Assembly: GCA_973895155.1 (NCBI GenBank)
Contig: OZ316899.1
Span: 1,573,573-1,637,572, forward strand
From: Marsupella aquatica
Taxonomy: Eukaryota > Plantae > Marchantiophyta
Direction: 5' to 3'
DNA length: 64,000 nucleotides
Shown here: piece by piece, positions 25,840-36,063 of the stretch
Layout: every line of letters begins with the position of its first letter
Position numbering within the stretch: position 1 is the first letter of the stretch
Notes under the pieces: generated by a model
Told to the model about the DNA's origin: nothing
The model's database searches: none
What the model saw: the letters and a program-made list of their open reading frames with translations, nothing else
Made by a program: the position numbers and the translations under genes

Positions 25840-28800
25840 TGTGATGCCTTGCCAGGATCACGAAGTAATAACTAAGCCTAAAAAAAATGGCTAAATAAGG
25901 ATAGATAGAGAGTATAAGGTAACAATAAAGACCGATGCCAATTTCTACGTGTAGATGATAAAGGAAAGGATCCAATGGTTGAGATCCAGCGGATTGGAGT
26001 TATGACCTAATCCATGCTTGATCACAAGGACCCCTAAGTGGCAGCTTTGGAGTAAGGTGACCAATACTCTGCCATTTTGCATTCTCGTGTACACGGTTTC
26101 AACATTGAGGAGCAACTGTCAGTCGAGTGCTAAGGTGGATTGGGAGATTGCGCAAGTTCTTGGCATTCGGTGGAATGAACACGGTGAATCAGGCAGGGAA
26201 GTTTTGGGGCTGTTTGCTTGAAGAAGCAAGGCAGCTGATACCTACGTATGAAGACGTTGAGTCGGAGCGCGCAGCCAGAGAATGAGCGGAGCTTGCGCAA
26301 TTGTGGGGAATTCACAAAACGGCATTCGTAGATACGGAGGAGGTGTTGGAAAAGTTCTCGTGGACACCCACCAATGCAGAGCTTGACGAATTGCTGATCC
26401 GGGAGAATAAGGTCATGGGGATTAGGGAGGCAATCAAGAACGCAGGGCAGCCACTTTGGGAATTGAAGGGTCACACTGCGAAGTGGACGAAGGAAGCCAT
26501 TCTTGGGGAGTATTCAGGCACTGAAGAGATGAAGCGCAAGGGAGGTTTGGCATCCGCCACTCCAGCAAAGCGAACTAGGTCGGAGAAACCAATCAAGATG
26601 GAATCCGGGCCAGTTAGAGATCCGGCTGTAGAGGATAAAACCATGACAGGGTGGGCAAACAGGTTACCTGCCGATTTACAATTACAGTTCGCAAGAGATG
26701 AGGATGAGGTCTTTAGTGCCGTTCAGGATAATAAATATGCAGGATATATGAATGACACTAGGTTGGAGGGCTTTGTCAGGTTGTCCTGGAGGATGGTAGA
26801 CATACCAGATGAGGATCTGTTGGACTTTGTGGGATGCTGGGAGGCTTCTTCCAACACGACGCTGCTATATGGAAAGGTGTTCGAACTAACACCTGCGCTT
26901 ATCGAAGCCGTCTTTGCTTTACCAACAGGAAGGAAGACTAAGGTGGAGCAGAGGAAGACGTTGTCGGATGACCAGTTCAGGTCATTTCCAGGGCCTTCCA
27001 CTAAGAATGGGTTTTTCAGGAATCAATGTACCAACCCGCATATAGGGCAGCTGATTGATTTCCTGAGAGTCACGTTGCATTCTACCTTGCCGAGAGCAGA
27101 AATCGGCAAAGCCCAGGTATTTTTGGTGGAGAATATCGATGCAAGCCAAGACTACAACGGCTATCTCTTAATGCAGTTGAAGAAAGCATTAAATGAAGAG
27201 AAGCAGAGCATTGGGGAGGGAGCGGTATCCAGACTAGGGTACCATCTGCAATTACTTTGCCAATATGCAAGAAGCCAGTCTTTTGCACTAGTGTTGCCTA
27301 TACAGGAGCGGATGCCGATCACTACACCACTTGAGGAGGTGGGGGAGGACGAGGAGCCTCTAAGCAAACGACGCCACGGGAGGAGGTCGGCAACACGAGA
27401 ACGGGAGCATTCCCCTATCAAGGAGCCAAAGGTAGTAACATATGATGTAGTGATAAATCCGTTGCACCGGCCTAATCGTAATAATCCATATGCAGGCATC
27501 CAATTGGTCGAAAGGAAGATGACTACCAAAGAGAGAAAGAAATTTGACGAGCGAATGGATTCAGAGACAAATGAGGAGGTAAGCCAAAGCCAGGAGAGGC
27601 CGGTATTAAGAGCTTCTAACAGAGCCCAAGTGGAGGGACCTGTGGAGGAAAGTCAACCAGCAGCAGCCCAACAATATTCGGAGGAAGAGATTGGGGGCTT
27701 TGGAGGAGAGGCCAGCATGCTAGGTAGTCAGGTTAATGTGGATGATTACGACGACGACTATGTCAATCACGGGGAGAGGCCGGTACCAGGAGTTAGAACG
27801 ATGGGAAGATTTTGTAGAAGACTTCCCGCAGTCTTCTATGGCAAGCCGGAGGACCAGAAAACACCAGAATCTCCTCCACCAGATGTGACACCATTGGAAT
27901 TTGACAAGATGAAGGAAGTTGAAGCCAGGCTACAAGAGAGGATTAAGGAGTGGGGGGCCCGGAATGCAGAACAGGAATGCCAGCTACTAGGAGGAGAGTG
28001 GCCGGAAGAAATAAGACGGCTTAGTGAGAGGCAGGCCGAACCTCTCACTGACTTCGATCAATTACGGGCAGAGGCTTGGGAGAGACGACCTCGATGGCAG
28101 ATGCCAGTATCACCTGGGAGGTCAAACTACGCAAGAAATTGGGCTAAGGAGTATGGAGACATGTGTGGACTCTTAGCCTTAGAAATCTTTGGTAATGAGT
28201 TGGAATCCGGGCCATTTCTTAGAAAAGAAGTGGCTGATCAAACAAGACTGGAGGAGGCAATGATGTTGGAGCGGTTAAAGAAAGAGGAGGTAATCGCTCG
28301 GCTTCGCTCCATGGAAGCCAAAGTTGCTAAGACGAAGTCTGGTCATCCAACTCAACAGGATCTCTTGGCTAAGCAGCAGGAATTGGAGGTGGCAAACAAC
28401 CAATTGGATAACTACCAATTGGATAACCAGCAGATCAAGGAAAAATTGACAAAGGTAGAGCTGGAGTTAGCCGATTCAAAAGCAGAAGTACAGGGTCTAA
28501 ATCGCCAGGTCGAGAGGCGCAGAAAGATGGCTAAGGATCAGGCCACCCAGAGCAAGAAGACCTTGGCAGAAGCCCAAAGGAAGTATGACAAGTTACTCAA
28601 CCGGTTGGAGGCCATGCGTGAGAAGCATGATGACGCCATGTGCACAGCGGCCAATGATCACCTAAACCGGGTTCAACAGATACGCAAGGAGCTTCAGGAG
28701 GAGCTAACCAGGACAAAGCAGGCATGGACGGACGAGGTCACAAAACTGGAAGGCATCAACGACTCCTTGAAAGCAGCCGTAGATAAGCAAGAGTTGGAGA

Positions 28801-30437
28801 TCGTGCAGATCTTAAATGAGGAGCTGAAGATGGCCAGGTCCAAGATACAACGGCTTAACGATGAAGTTGAAGACGTATCTCAGGAATTGGAGGAGGCCAG
28901 GGATAAGATGCTCGGGTTGCAGAAGTGTGCCGACAATCAAACGGAGAAATTGAAGAAGTATGCCGAAGCGAGATATGGGTCACCAACTGAAAGGCTTCCC
29001 ATCAGTAGTATGGTAGGCGGAAATACAGTGAAGCTGAAGCCGAAGCCAAGCTCACTGTTGTCAAGCGTGACTGGGGGCAAAGCCATGCAGTTGGTAGCAG
29101 ATTTGGCAAAGACGTTCATGGGGCGAGGCGATAATAAAGTTAAGCCCCTTAAAGTCACTCCGGAGGAAATCGAGAGCATGGCCGCTCACATTTGTGGTAC
29201 TGTGGCCCTGAAGGCAGCTGTGGTAGAGGTAAGTACTGCGGATCAACTTGGAGTTGCGGTAACAAGTTCAGACAATGGTACTGCTTCTATGTACGCCCAA
29301 AACGTGAAGCCATGGGTTATCGAGACCGAGCGCATCGGGGAGCAGGCTTGGATTGAGGAAGTTAAGGCAAAAGCTCTCCAAGTCGTTTCCCAGGAGGATG
29401 CCGATGCAGCAGCCAATGCCGGGGCCGACAAACCAGAACCCAAAGTCGAGGAAGCCGAAGGGGTCAAGCCGGAGCCAATGGCAGGAGAAGGTGCAGTCGG
29501 AAAATTTGGACTTACCACCAGTCATCTGACAATTAAGGAGGGCCAGTCATTGGTTGGAAGGAGGACGTGGCGGCAGGAGAAGGGCTTGGGCCAGAAGGGC
29601 GCGGCCGTTGTAGGATGGGACAGGGCAAGTAGCGCCCTGTCGGCTTAGGTAGTATTAGATGCTCGGTTCACATAGGGTTCCGGGCTAGTCAAGTTTTTTA
29701 GGTGATAGTTTTTTAGTAGGATTATCGCGGTGGAAGGCCGTGAGTTGTGGTTAGGATTTCCGCCTTTTCCCCTGAACGCGCTACAAGGATAAAAACCTGG
29801 GCAGCGTGGCCTGGGGGGATTTTTCTTAGTCAAGGCTTTAGTGTAAATCTGTATTGTTGTGAGCACAGGAAGCTCTCGACTAAATCTAGACCGCAGGGTA
29901 TCAGTAAACCACCAGTTCCCTTGGATTTCTGAGCAATTGTTTGAATTGAGTTGGCCTCGTTGCATAGTTTGCAGATTCTTGCCATCCAAGAAGTTGAGTG
30001 TTATGATATTTGTTGCTTGATCGATTTAAGTCAGATAGGGTGAACTGTTGAGCAAAATACAATCGCATTGTCTTGATTGGAGACTGCCCAATCAAACTCT
30101 GAGAGAAAAGTGAGGATTGAGAGTGTTTAGTCGGTGAAGTGTGGGTTGAGTCAGTCTGAAAAAGACCTTCAGCCGGCTTAAGAAATTAAACTGTAGGGGT
30201 ACATTCTGGGGGCGGAATTCAAATATACCTGAAGAAGTTAAAGAGGAATTAGGTGTCTCAGTTGTGCACAATTCACAAGCCCAGTGAAAGAATCGGTCCG
30301 GTAAGTGTGGATCGAAGGAGAGGATTGCGTTTCCAAATCGAATAGCTGCCAAAGGGCAAGAGGACGGACATAAACGAGTGGTTTATGATCGACTGAGGGT
30401 AGTTCTTGGGGTTAGAGGTCTTGGAAAACGCGCCACA
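25840..30437 (+). mobile_element. 4598-bp solo LTR of gypsy family F (diverged relative of D), protein-coding
   Basis: TGTGATGCC...CGCCACA, perfect 5-bp TSD AACAA (25835-25839, 30438-30442). Confidence 0.92.
26301..29648 (+). CDS. LTR-encoded PMD-like/coiled-coil protein, 1115 open codons; homology continues upstream past one TGA at 26283
   Basis: FVRLSW...DFVGCWEASSNTTLLYGKVFELTPALIEAVFALPTG aligns with the D-type ORF; long C-terminal heptad-rich region. Confidence 0.8.
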   Translation: MWGIHKTAFVDTEEVLEKFSWTPTNAELDELLIRENKVMGIREAIKNAGQPLWELKGHTAKWTKEAILGEYSGTEEMKRKGGLASATPAKRTRSEKPIKMESGPVRDPAVEDKTMTGWANRLPADLQLQFARDEDEVFSAVQDNKYAGYMNDTRLEGFVRLSWRMVDIPDEDLLDFVGCWEASSNTTLLYGKVFELTPALIEAVFALPTGRKTKVEQRKTLSDDQFRSFPGPSTKNGFFRNQCTNPHIGQLIDFLRVTLHSTLPRAEIGKAQVFLVENIDASQDYNGYLLMQLKKALNEEKQSIGEGAVSRLGYHLQLLCQYARSQSFALVLPIQERMPITTPLEEVGEDEEPLSKRRHGRRSATREREHSPIKEPKVVTYDVVINPLHRPNRNNPYAGIQLVERKMTTKERKKFDERMDSETNEEVSQSQERPVLRASNRAQVEGPVEESQPAAAQQYSEEEIGGFGGEASMLGSQVNVDDYDDDYVNHGERPVPGVRTMGRFCRRLPAVFYGKPEDQKTPESPPPDVTPLEFDKMKEVEARLQERIKEWGARNAEQECQLLGGEWPEEIRRLSERQAEPLTDFDQLRAEAWERRPRWQMPVSPGRSNYARNWAKEYGDMCGLLALEIFGNELESGPFLRKEVADQTRLEEAMMLERLKKEEVIARLRSMEAKVAKTKSGHPTQQDLLAKQQELEVANNQLDNYQLDNQQIKEKLTKVELELADSKAEVQGLNRQVERRRKMAKDQATQSKKTLAEAQRKYDKLLNRLEAMREKHDDAMCTAANDHLNRVQQIRKELQEELTRTKQAWTDEVTKLEGINDSLKAAVDKQELEIVQILNEELKMARSKIQRLNDEVEDVSQELEEARDKMLGLQKCADNQTEKLKKYAEARYGSPTERLPISSMVGGNTVKLKPKPSSLLSSVTGGKAMQLVADLAKTFMGRGDNKVKPLKVTPEEIESMAAHICGTVALKAAVVEVSTADQLGVAVTSSDNGTASMYAQNVKPWVIETERIGEQAWIEEVKAKALQVVSQEDADAAANAGADKPEPKVEEAEGVKPEPMAGEGAVGKFGLTTSHLTIKEGQSLVGRRTWRQEKGLGQKGAAVVGWDRASSALSA

Positions 30438-30442
30438 AACAA

Positions 30443-32787
30443 TGTCAATAAAAGGTAAGGGGTAATGGTCCTTCCTGGTGGCCATATTCAACTTTCAAAA
30501 ATCTTGACAAACTCGGATTTTAACTTTTCCGTTCGGCCCTAGTTTCTTGGGTACAATGACTATGGGAGAAACCCACTCATTGCTTAGGACTAGAAAAATG
30601 AATCCAACTTGGGTTAGCTTATCAATCTCATCCTTCACCATTATGGAGTATTTTGGATTAAGGCGATATTGCCTTTGCCTAATTGGAACTGCTCCTTCAA
30701 CCAAGTCTATCCAGTGTTGTCCCAGATAAGAGGGTATGCCTTTGATATCAGTATGGCTCCATGCAAAGACATCCCTATACTGCTTCAGCAATTCCACATA
30801 CTTAGTTCTCAAGTCACCCTGAATATGATTGCTGATATTCAAGAATTTTCCAAGTTCAATCTCCACCTTTTGGCAAGCTCTTGGGTCTACTATCCCTTCA
30901 TTAAAACCCATAGGTTCAATAGTCAATCCTTTTGCTTCTCCTGGTAAGAACTCCGCATTGACACCTTCTTGGTCACTCTTGACTTCCTCCCCATCCAAGG
31001 TCCTAGATTTGACTCCAGTACTTAGGTAGGAAGGGTTCTGGCGTCATCCAGACTGTAAGCCTGCTTCAAAGTCCTTTTCCGGATCAGAGTATAAAATTGG
31101 AGCTTTTCGATTCAAGTGTGATTGATCCGGATTTGTTGATGTTTCTTGATCCCTACCAAGTTCCAGAATTTCAGTTACGACAGTTATTTCCGGAATTTCT
31201 TCCATCTCCACGGGAGCATCAAATTCAAAAATATCGAGAAATTGCACGTCATCTTCTTTCTGTTGCTTGGTCTTGTTTTTGACTGAATCAGAGTCTGTCG
31301 ATGTGACCATGGAATTTGAAGCATAGCCTTTGTCCATCTCTGTCTCTCCTTGGTGAGGATCTACGTCCCAGCTTACAGTCACTTGAGGGGTACCAAAAGT
31401 TAATTCTTTCATAGTCCAATTAACTTTCACCCCGGCACCATACAGCCAGGGCCGTCCTAATAGGATTGGAAAATTGGAAGGAGAGGAGGGTCAAATAATT
31501 ACATACACCAAAGGAAATGTAATGCCTCCAATTATTGTATCCACATTCTGCAAAATTCCAACTGGAGCAACCCGAGTTTGGTCTGCCATTCTCAGGAACT
31601 GATCAGGGGGCTCAAATTTTTCAAATCCCAAACTGTATGCAATAGATTATGTCATGAGGTTGACACCTGATCCTCCATCAACAGGAACTCCCGGAATGGA
31701 ACACCCAGCAATTTGAATGGTCAATATAGGTTGTCCTCTATCCGAAGCCTCAAGGTGGAAGCAATTATGCACATCTATAGTTGGCAATTTGGCTTTTCTC
31801 CTTCTTTTGCCACCTACTAATCTGATCTCCCTTCAAAATTGAGGGTTAATTCTAATCAATTGTCCTATTGTGATGTTAGCTTTGACATTGTCAATGTCTG
31901 CCACAATGTCATACGGTTGCGATTTCTCCAATTTCAATTTCCCTTCCTCAATTGAAGGCACCACTGGGGTAATTGCCTTCTTGATTTCAGGTTTCACTTG
32001 TAATTCGGGAGCCAAAATCTCTTTGACTTTTGCAAAGATGTCCGGTAAGAAGTATTTAAGATTGTTACAATCATATGCTCCATCGTTCTTGTGGTCCACC
32101 CCTTCTCTTTCAGTTGCTACAGGTTGCTTGGCCTTCTTCAATTCCTTCTCAAGGGGCTTAGCCAACTTTTTATCCTTAGATGGAGTAATTGCAAACAAGT
32201 TCAGTACTCTGTCTCTCTCTAACTCTTTTGTTGGGTTGGCCAAGTTCCTCTTCCTTGACTAAGTGAGGTACCTCAATGTCAAACACCAGGCCTTGTGGTC
32301 CTCCATTATTCATATCCGGAATTCTGGTGGCAGCAGTTTTAATTTTCGGATTCAGATCTAGATCTGCACTTGGAAATAGTTTTCCCTGTTCTTTCTCCTT
32401 TTTCTTCACTATGGCAACTTGGGGTGTAGAATCCTTCTTTGGGTTCTGATAAGTTGGAGAGGTGATTTCCACAATTCGGACATAGTCCACCTGTCCTTCT
32501 GGTAGTCGCATTTCCTCCTCATAACACACAAGCCAAACATTAGATTCAGGTTTTTGGGTATCTTTGACTGGCTCTTGTACATACCTTACCAACATTTTTG
32601 GCTTTGGTGGCGCAAGACATTCCATCGGTAAATGACCTTCCTTACCGCAGTTTCCACACAGAGGGGTAATTCCTTCAGGTCTCTTTGGCCATGAACATTG
32701 TGGTAAAAAATGGGCTTGATCCCCACAATTCCAACATACGCCTCTTGGCAAGGTTCCTCTTGGTGGGTATCCTCCTGGTGGTGCCAT
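30443..32787 (-). pseudogene. pol: Element B gag C-terminus, protease and start of RT, fragmented
   Basis: Zinc knuckles CWNCGDQAHFLPQC and CGNCGKEGHLPMEC; protease VPVDGGSGVN near 31660-31692; RT start WVSPIVIVPKK...RVCQDF. Confidence 0.87.
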
Positions 32788-32820
32788 AGGTGGCTTATAG
32801 ACAGGCCTATTAGGTCCCCC

Positions 32821-33966
32821 TTAGGGTCTTACTGGTGGTCTAGGGAAATATTGTACAAGGGCCTGAGGTTGAACTTGATACATTGAATCTTCATACCTCT
32901 GGAACTTTGGATCACATTCTATCTCACCTTCATAGTCTTCACCTGCAATGTAATTCACTTGCTTTGAGCTACGGCATTCATTAGGATAATGGCCCATCTT
33001 CTTACAAACAACGCACCACACATTGTACCTCTGTTGTTGTAAGGGTCTCCATGGTGGGTTATTCATCGCCAAGTTTACAACCAATTCTTTCATCTGTTTG
33101 GCAAGACCTTCCATTATGTCTACCATTTTGCCTTCACTTTTTGCAGTTTTTGTAGGTTTAACAGTGGACACTTTCTTGGGTTTCACCTCATCCTCATCAG
33201 TACTATCCGTATCATCTCCACTATCATCGCTCTCACTGGATGTATCATCTTCAAAAGAGGAAGAATTGGCTTGTTTATTTTTATTTTTCTTAGACATTTT
33301 CTTCTTTTTCCTTTCTTCTTCTTCAATCTCTTTTGCCAGCTGAGACCGTTGGGAGAGATTGGCATCTATATAAGATTGAGCTACATTGTAAGCCTCAGTC
33401 AATGTGGTAGGATTGGACCTTCTGACAAACTTATTCAATCCAGGGTACAATCCTTGAATAAACCATTCCTTGATCAAGTAAGCTGGTGGAGCTGGTGTAA
33501 CTTTCTTGATTAGCCGGTTAATCCTTTGGAGGTAACCACTCAAGGAATCCGCCTTCTTCATCATTATGGAATTGAGTTGTGTAAACGCCCGAGCAGTGGC
33601 TCCATCTTCTCGGAATGCCTTCAGAAATTCTGGTTTTACTACAACCCAATCAGCAGTATTTGCCAGGTTAGAGTACCATGTTCTGGCTTCACCTCTCATG
33701 AGACCTCCAAAATTTTTAGCTTTTATGTCTGGTGCATCATCTCCGTTGGACATTGCTACAGCCTCAAAATTCTTCATCCAGGCTTCAGAGTTAGACTTCT
33801 TCCCTCTGAAGTAATCATAACAAATCCTCGACCGGCTCGCCATTGCAAGTCCTCCTGGTGGTGGTGCTTGTGACGTTGCCAGAATTTGTGCTGAAGTTGT
33901 GCTCGGTCGCGCCAAACTCCTTCTTCCCTTGACAGAAGGCACAACAAGCTTAGGCCCAAATCTCAA
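32821..33966 (-). pseudogene. gag: Element B gag (retrotransposon gag domain plus zinc knuckle)
   Basis: AWMKNFEAVA...GLMRGEARTWY...WFIQGL and CVVCKKMGHYPNEC; a stop separates it from the downstream knuckles. Confidence 0.88.
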
Positions 33967-34747
33967 ATTAACATATGCAGGTCTAGTTCTTGTTGGTCGG
34001 TCCGGTGTTCTTCCGCTCGTCCACGCTCCTAAAACTAAAGATATCGCACCAACCCGAGGGTTCTGCGGACTCCCCTAATCACTTTGTTGTAGAGAGGAAG
34101 ATGGAAGATCCTGACTTGGAACTTCTTCGGTTTCCTCCAATTCACCTGAAGGTACTCCACTCATACCTACTCATCTTGACCTACGCCTCTCAACAATCAT
34201 CAACAATTTAAATCACCAATTTGAGATACCACATTCGGAGTAATTAATTTTGTTCAGATTTCCTCCCAAATCCGGATTTCCCCTCGAATCCAGATTTCAC
34301 CTCAACTCCACTCCTCTATAACTTCTTGTTGGAGTGCTTGTTTGAATCGTTGCTTCCCTTTGCTAAAATGCTCTTCATTTTTGCAATTAATTCCTTTCGC
34401 TCCTTCAAAGGAAAATGATCTTCTTCAAAATCCATAGTCTCCAATGCATGCACGTACTCTAATTGGAAGGCTCTAGAAGCAATAAAGATTGTATATGGTT
34501 TGCTTCTTGTGTTTAATGAATGTTTTTTGTGCTCAGGTTCTTCTATAGTACCAATATATCCATTCAAATACGCTCCTTCCATTGTGCTGATTGCACCGCT
34601 TCCGTCCACTGCAGACTTGAATTGATTCGAGTCTGCTCACTCTCAGGGACTTCCTCTCAGGGGGGTCTCTCTTGAAATGGTCTCCTTTGATTACTTCAAT
34701 CTCTGCACAACTCAAATCTATCAAAGTACCTTCACTTCTCAGGTCAC

Positions 34748-34765
34748 TCCCTGGTAACGGTGCCA
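34748..34765 (-). promoter_or_regulatory. Primer-binding site of element B, tRNA-Asp type
   Basis: TGGCACCGTTACCAGGGA versus the Athila-type TGGCGCCGTTGCCGGGGA; three G>A differences. Confidence 0.8.
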
Positions 34766-34772
34766 AAAAGCG

Positions 34773-35084
34773 TGTGTTCTAGGTCACAATGTTAAATAAC
34801 AATTTAATATTGGAGGACTTGAATTCGTTCCCTTGAAGAGCTAATGAGAAGTGAATTGGTACCAAAAAGAACAAATAGGATGTTAATTGGGCATAACCTT
34901 GCCAAGGAGTTCTCTCTCCAGAGGATTGATGGTAATCAATGCACAAAACTAACAATTATAGAAAGATATGAAAAATGTCTAGTAGGAATGTCTTTTCAAT
35001 TGGCTTATGCGAAGAGATGATGGAAAATGACGACCCTCTAGTAGATGAACAGGATCCTGGATTTTGAAGATTCAAAATACAACA
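34773..35084 (-). repeat. Remnant (~310 bp) of element B 5' LTR
   Basis: High identity to ~15396-15700; the match ends abruptly at ~35084. Confidence 0.85.
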
Positions 35085-36063
35085 AGGCAGTGGTGGACCT
35101 AGCCACCCAACGCCCTCACCAATCCTAGCACTCACGCCTAAGTACCCCTGGTGCCCAAACGCCTCCACGGAATACCTCGGGCAAGCACGCTAGTGCCCCT
35201 TGCACCACCAGCGGCCCCTCCCATACAAAGCCGCACTTGCTCACCTGCACAAACGCTACTCAACGGTCCTCACTGTCTGCACAAGCAACCAAGCACCTCG
35301 GTAAGTAACCTTTCAGGATCTAGAATGCCAAGTCTAGCATCCTAACTCAAGCTCAATAGACATTGGTAAATAGGTCAGCGATTGGTCCTCCCGATGCCAT
35401 AAGCCGGAACCAGAACCCACGCCCACTATTTGTCCAGAACAGCTCCTTCCTTGGGTGTGGCCCGGGTTCCCCCTTGTACCTGTCCATCACCGACTGAACG
35501 CCCTGACCCCAGGACATGCTCATGGCCCAAATAGCATAGCTTGCCCTAAAGCTTGTCCCAACATGTCGGGACCAGAATGGCCCCGCCTCTAGCAACTGTG
35601 ACGCCGCCGGTACGGCGGTTAATGAGTGATTTGGTCTAACTGCGCTCAGCACGTGCGTTAGGAGTGTCTTAGGCCGCTATTATTAGCATAACGACAGTAT
35701 TTAGGTAATCATTATGGGTAGGACATCATTAGGCAATAAGGGGGAATTCAGGTTCGGACTGGCGACGGGTTGCTATTCGCACACCCGGGTTACGAGTGTG
35801 GAGGGGCCCCTCCCTCGGGTCCGTATAACGAACTTAAGGAAGCGGCCACTGACACGCGCTGACTCAGACCGGCGGAGTGGCCGGTACACCACAAGCGTGA
35901 GTGGTTCACCCTATGGGCGTCGAGGAGATGTCGGGGGATCGACAAGCCCTCAAGGTATAAAAAGGGAGCCGACCCTTTGGAGTGCACCAGTCCATCAGTC
36001 CATGCGCCAGCTTTGACCCCAGCTCTCTCGTTCGCTCTAAGTCGCCACTACTATCTCCTCTGA

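Larger units (their letters stand above)
15390..35084 (-). mobile_element. Athila-like Ty3/gypsy element B (5' LTR truncated; three nested insertions in pol)
   Basis: LTR homology between ~15396-15700 and 34782-35083; Asp-type PBS; gag-PR-RT-RH-INT order on minus; PPT next to the 3' LTR; RT motif LFSFLDSYSRYNQI of the Athila/Tat type. Confidence 0.88.

Noticed and set aside
34316-34609. 97-aa ORF between the PBS and gag of element B as a separate gene
   Set aside because: No recognisable domain and no second copy in the window; may be decayed 5' gag or leader sequence.
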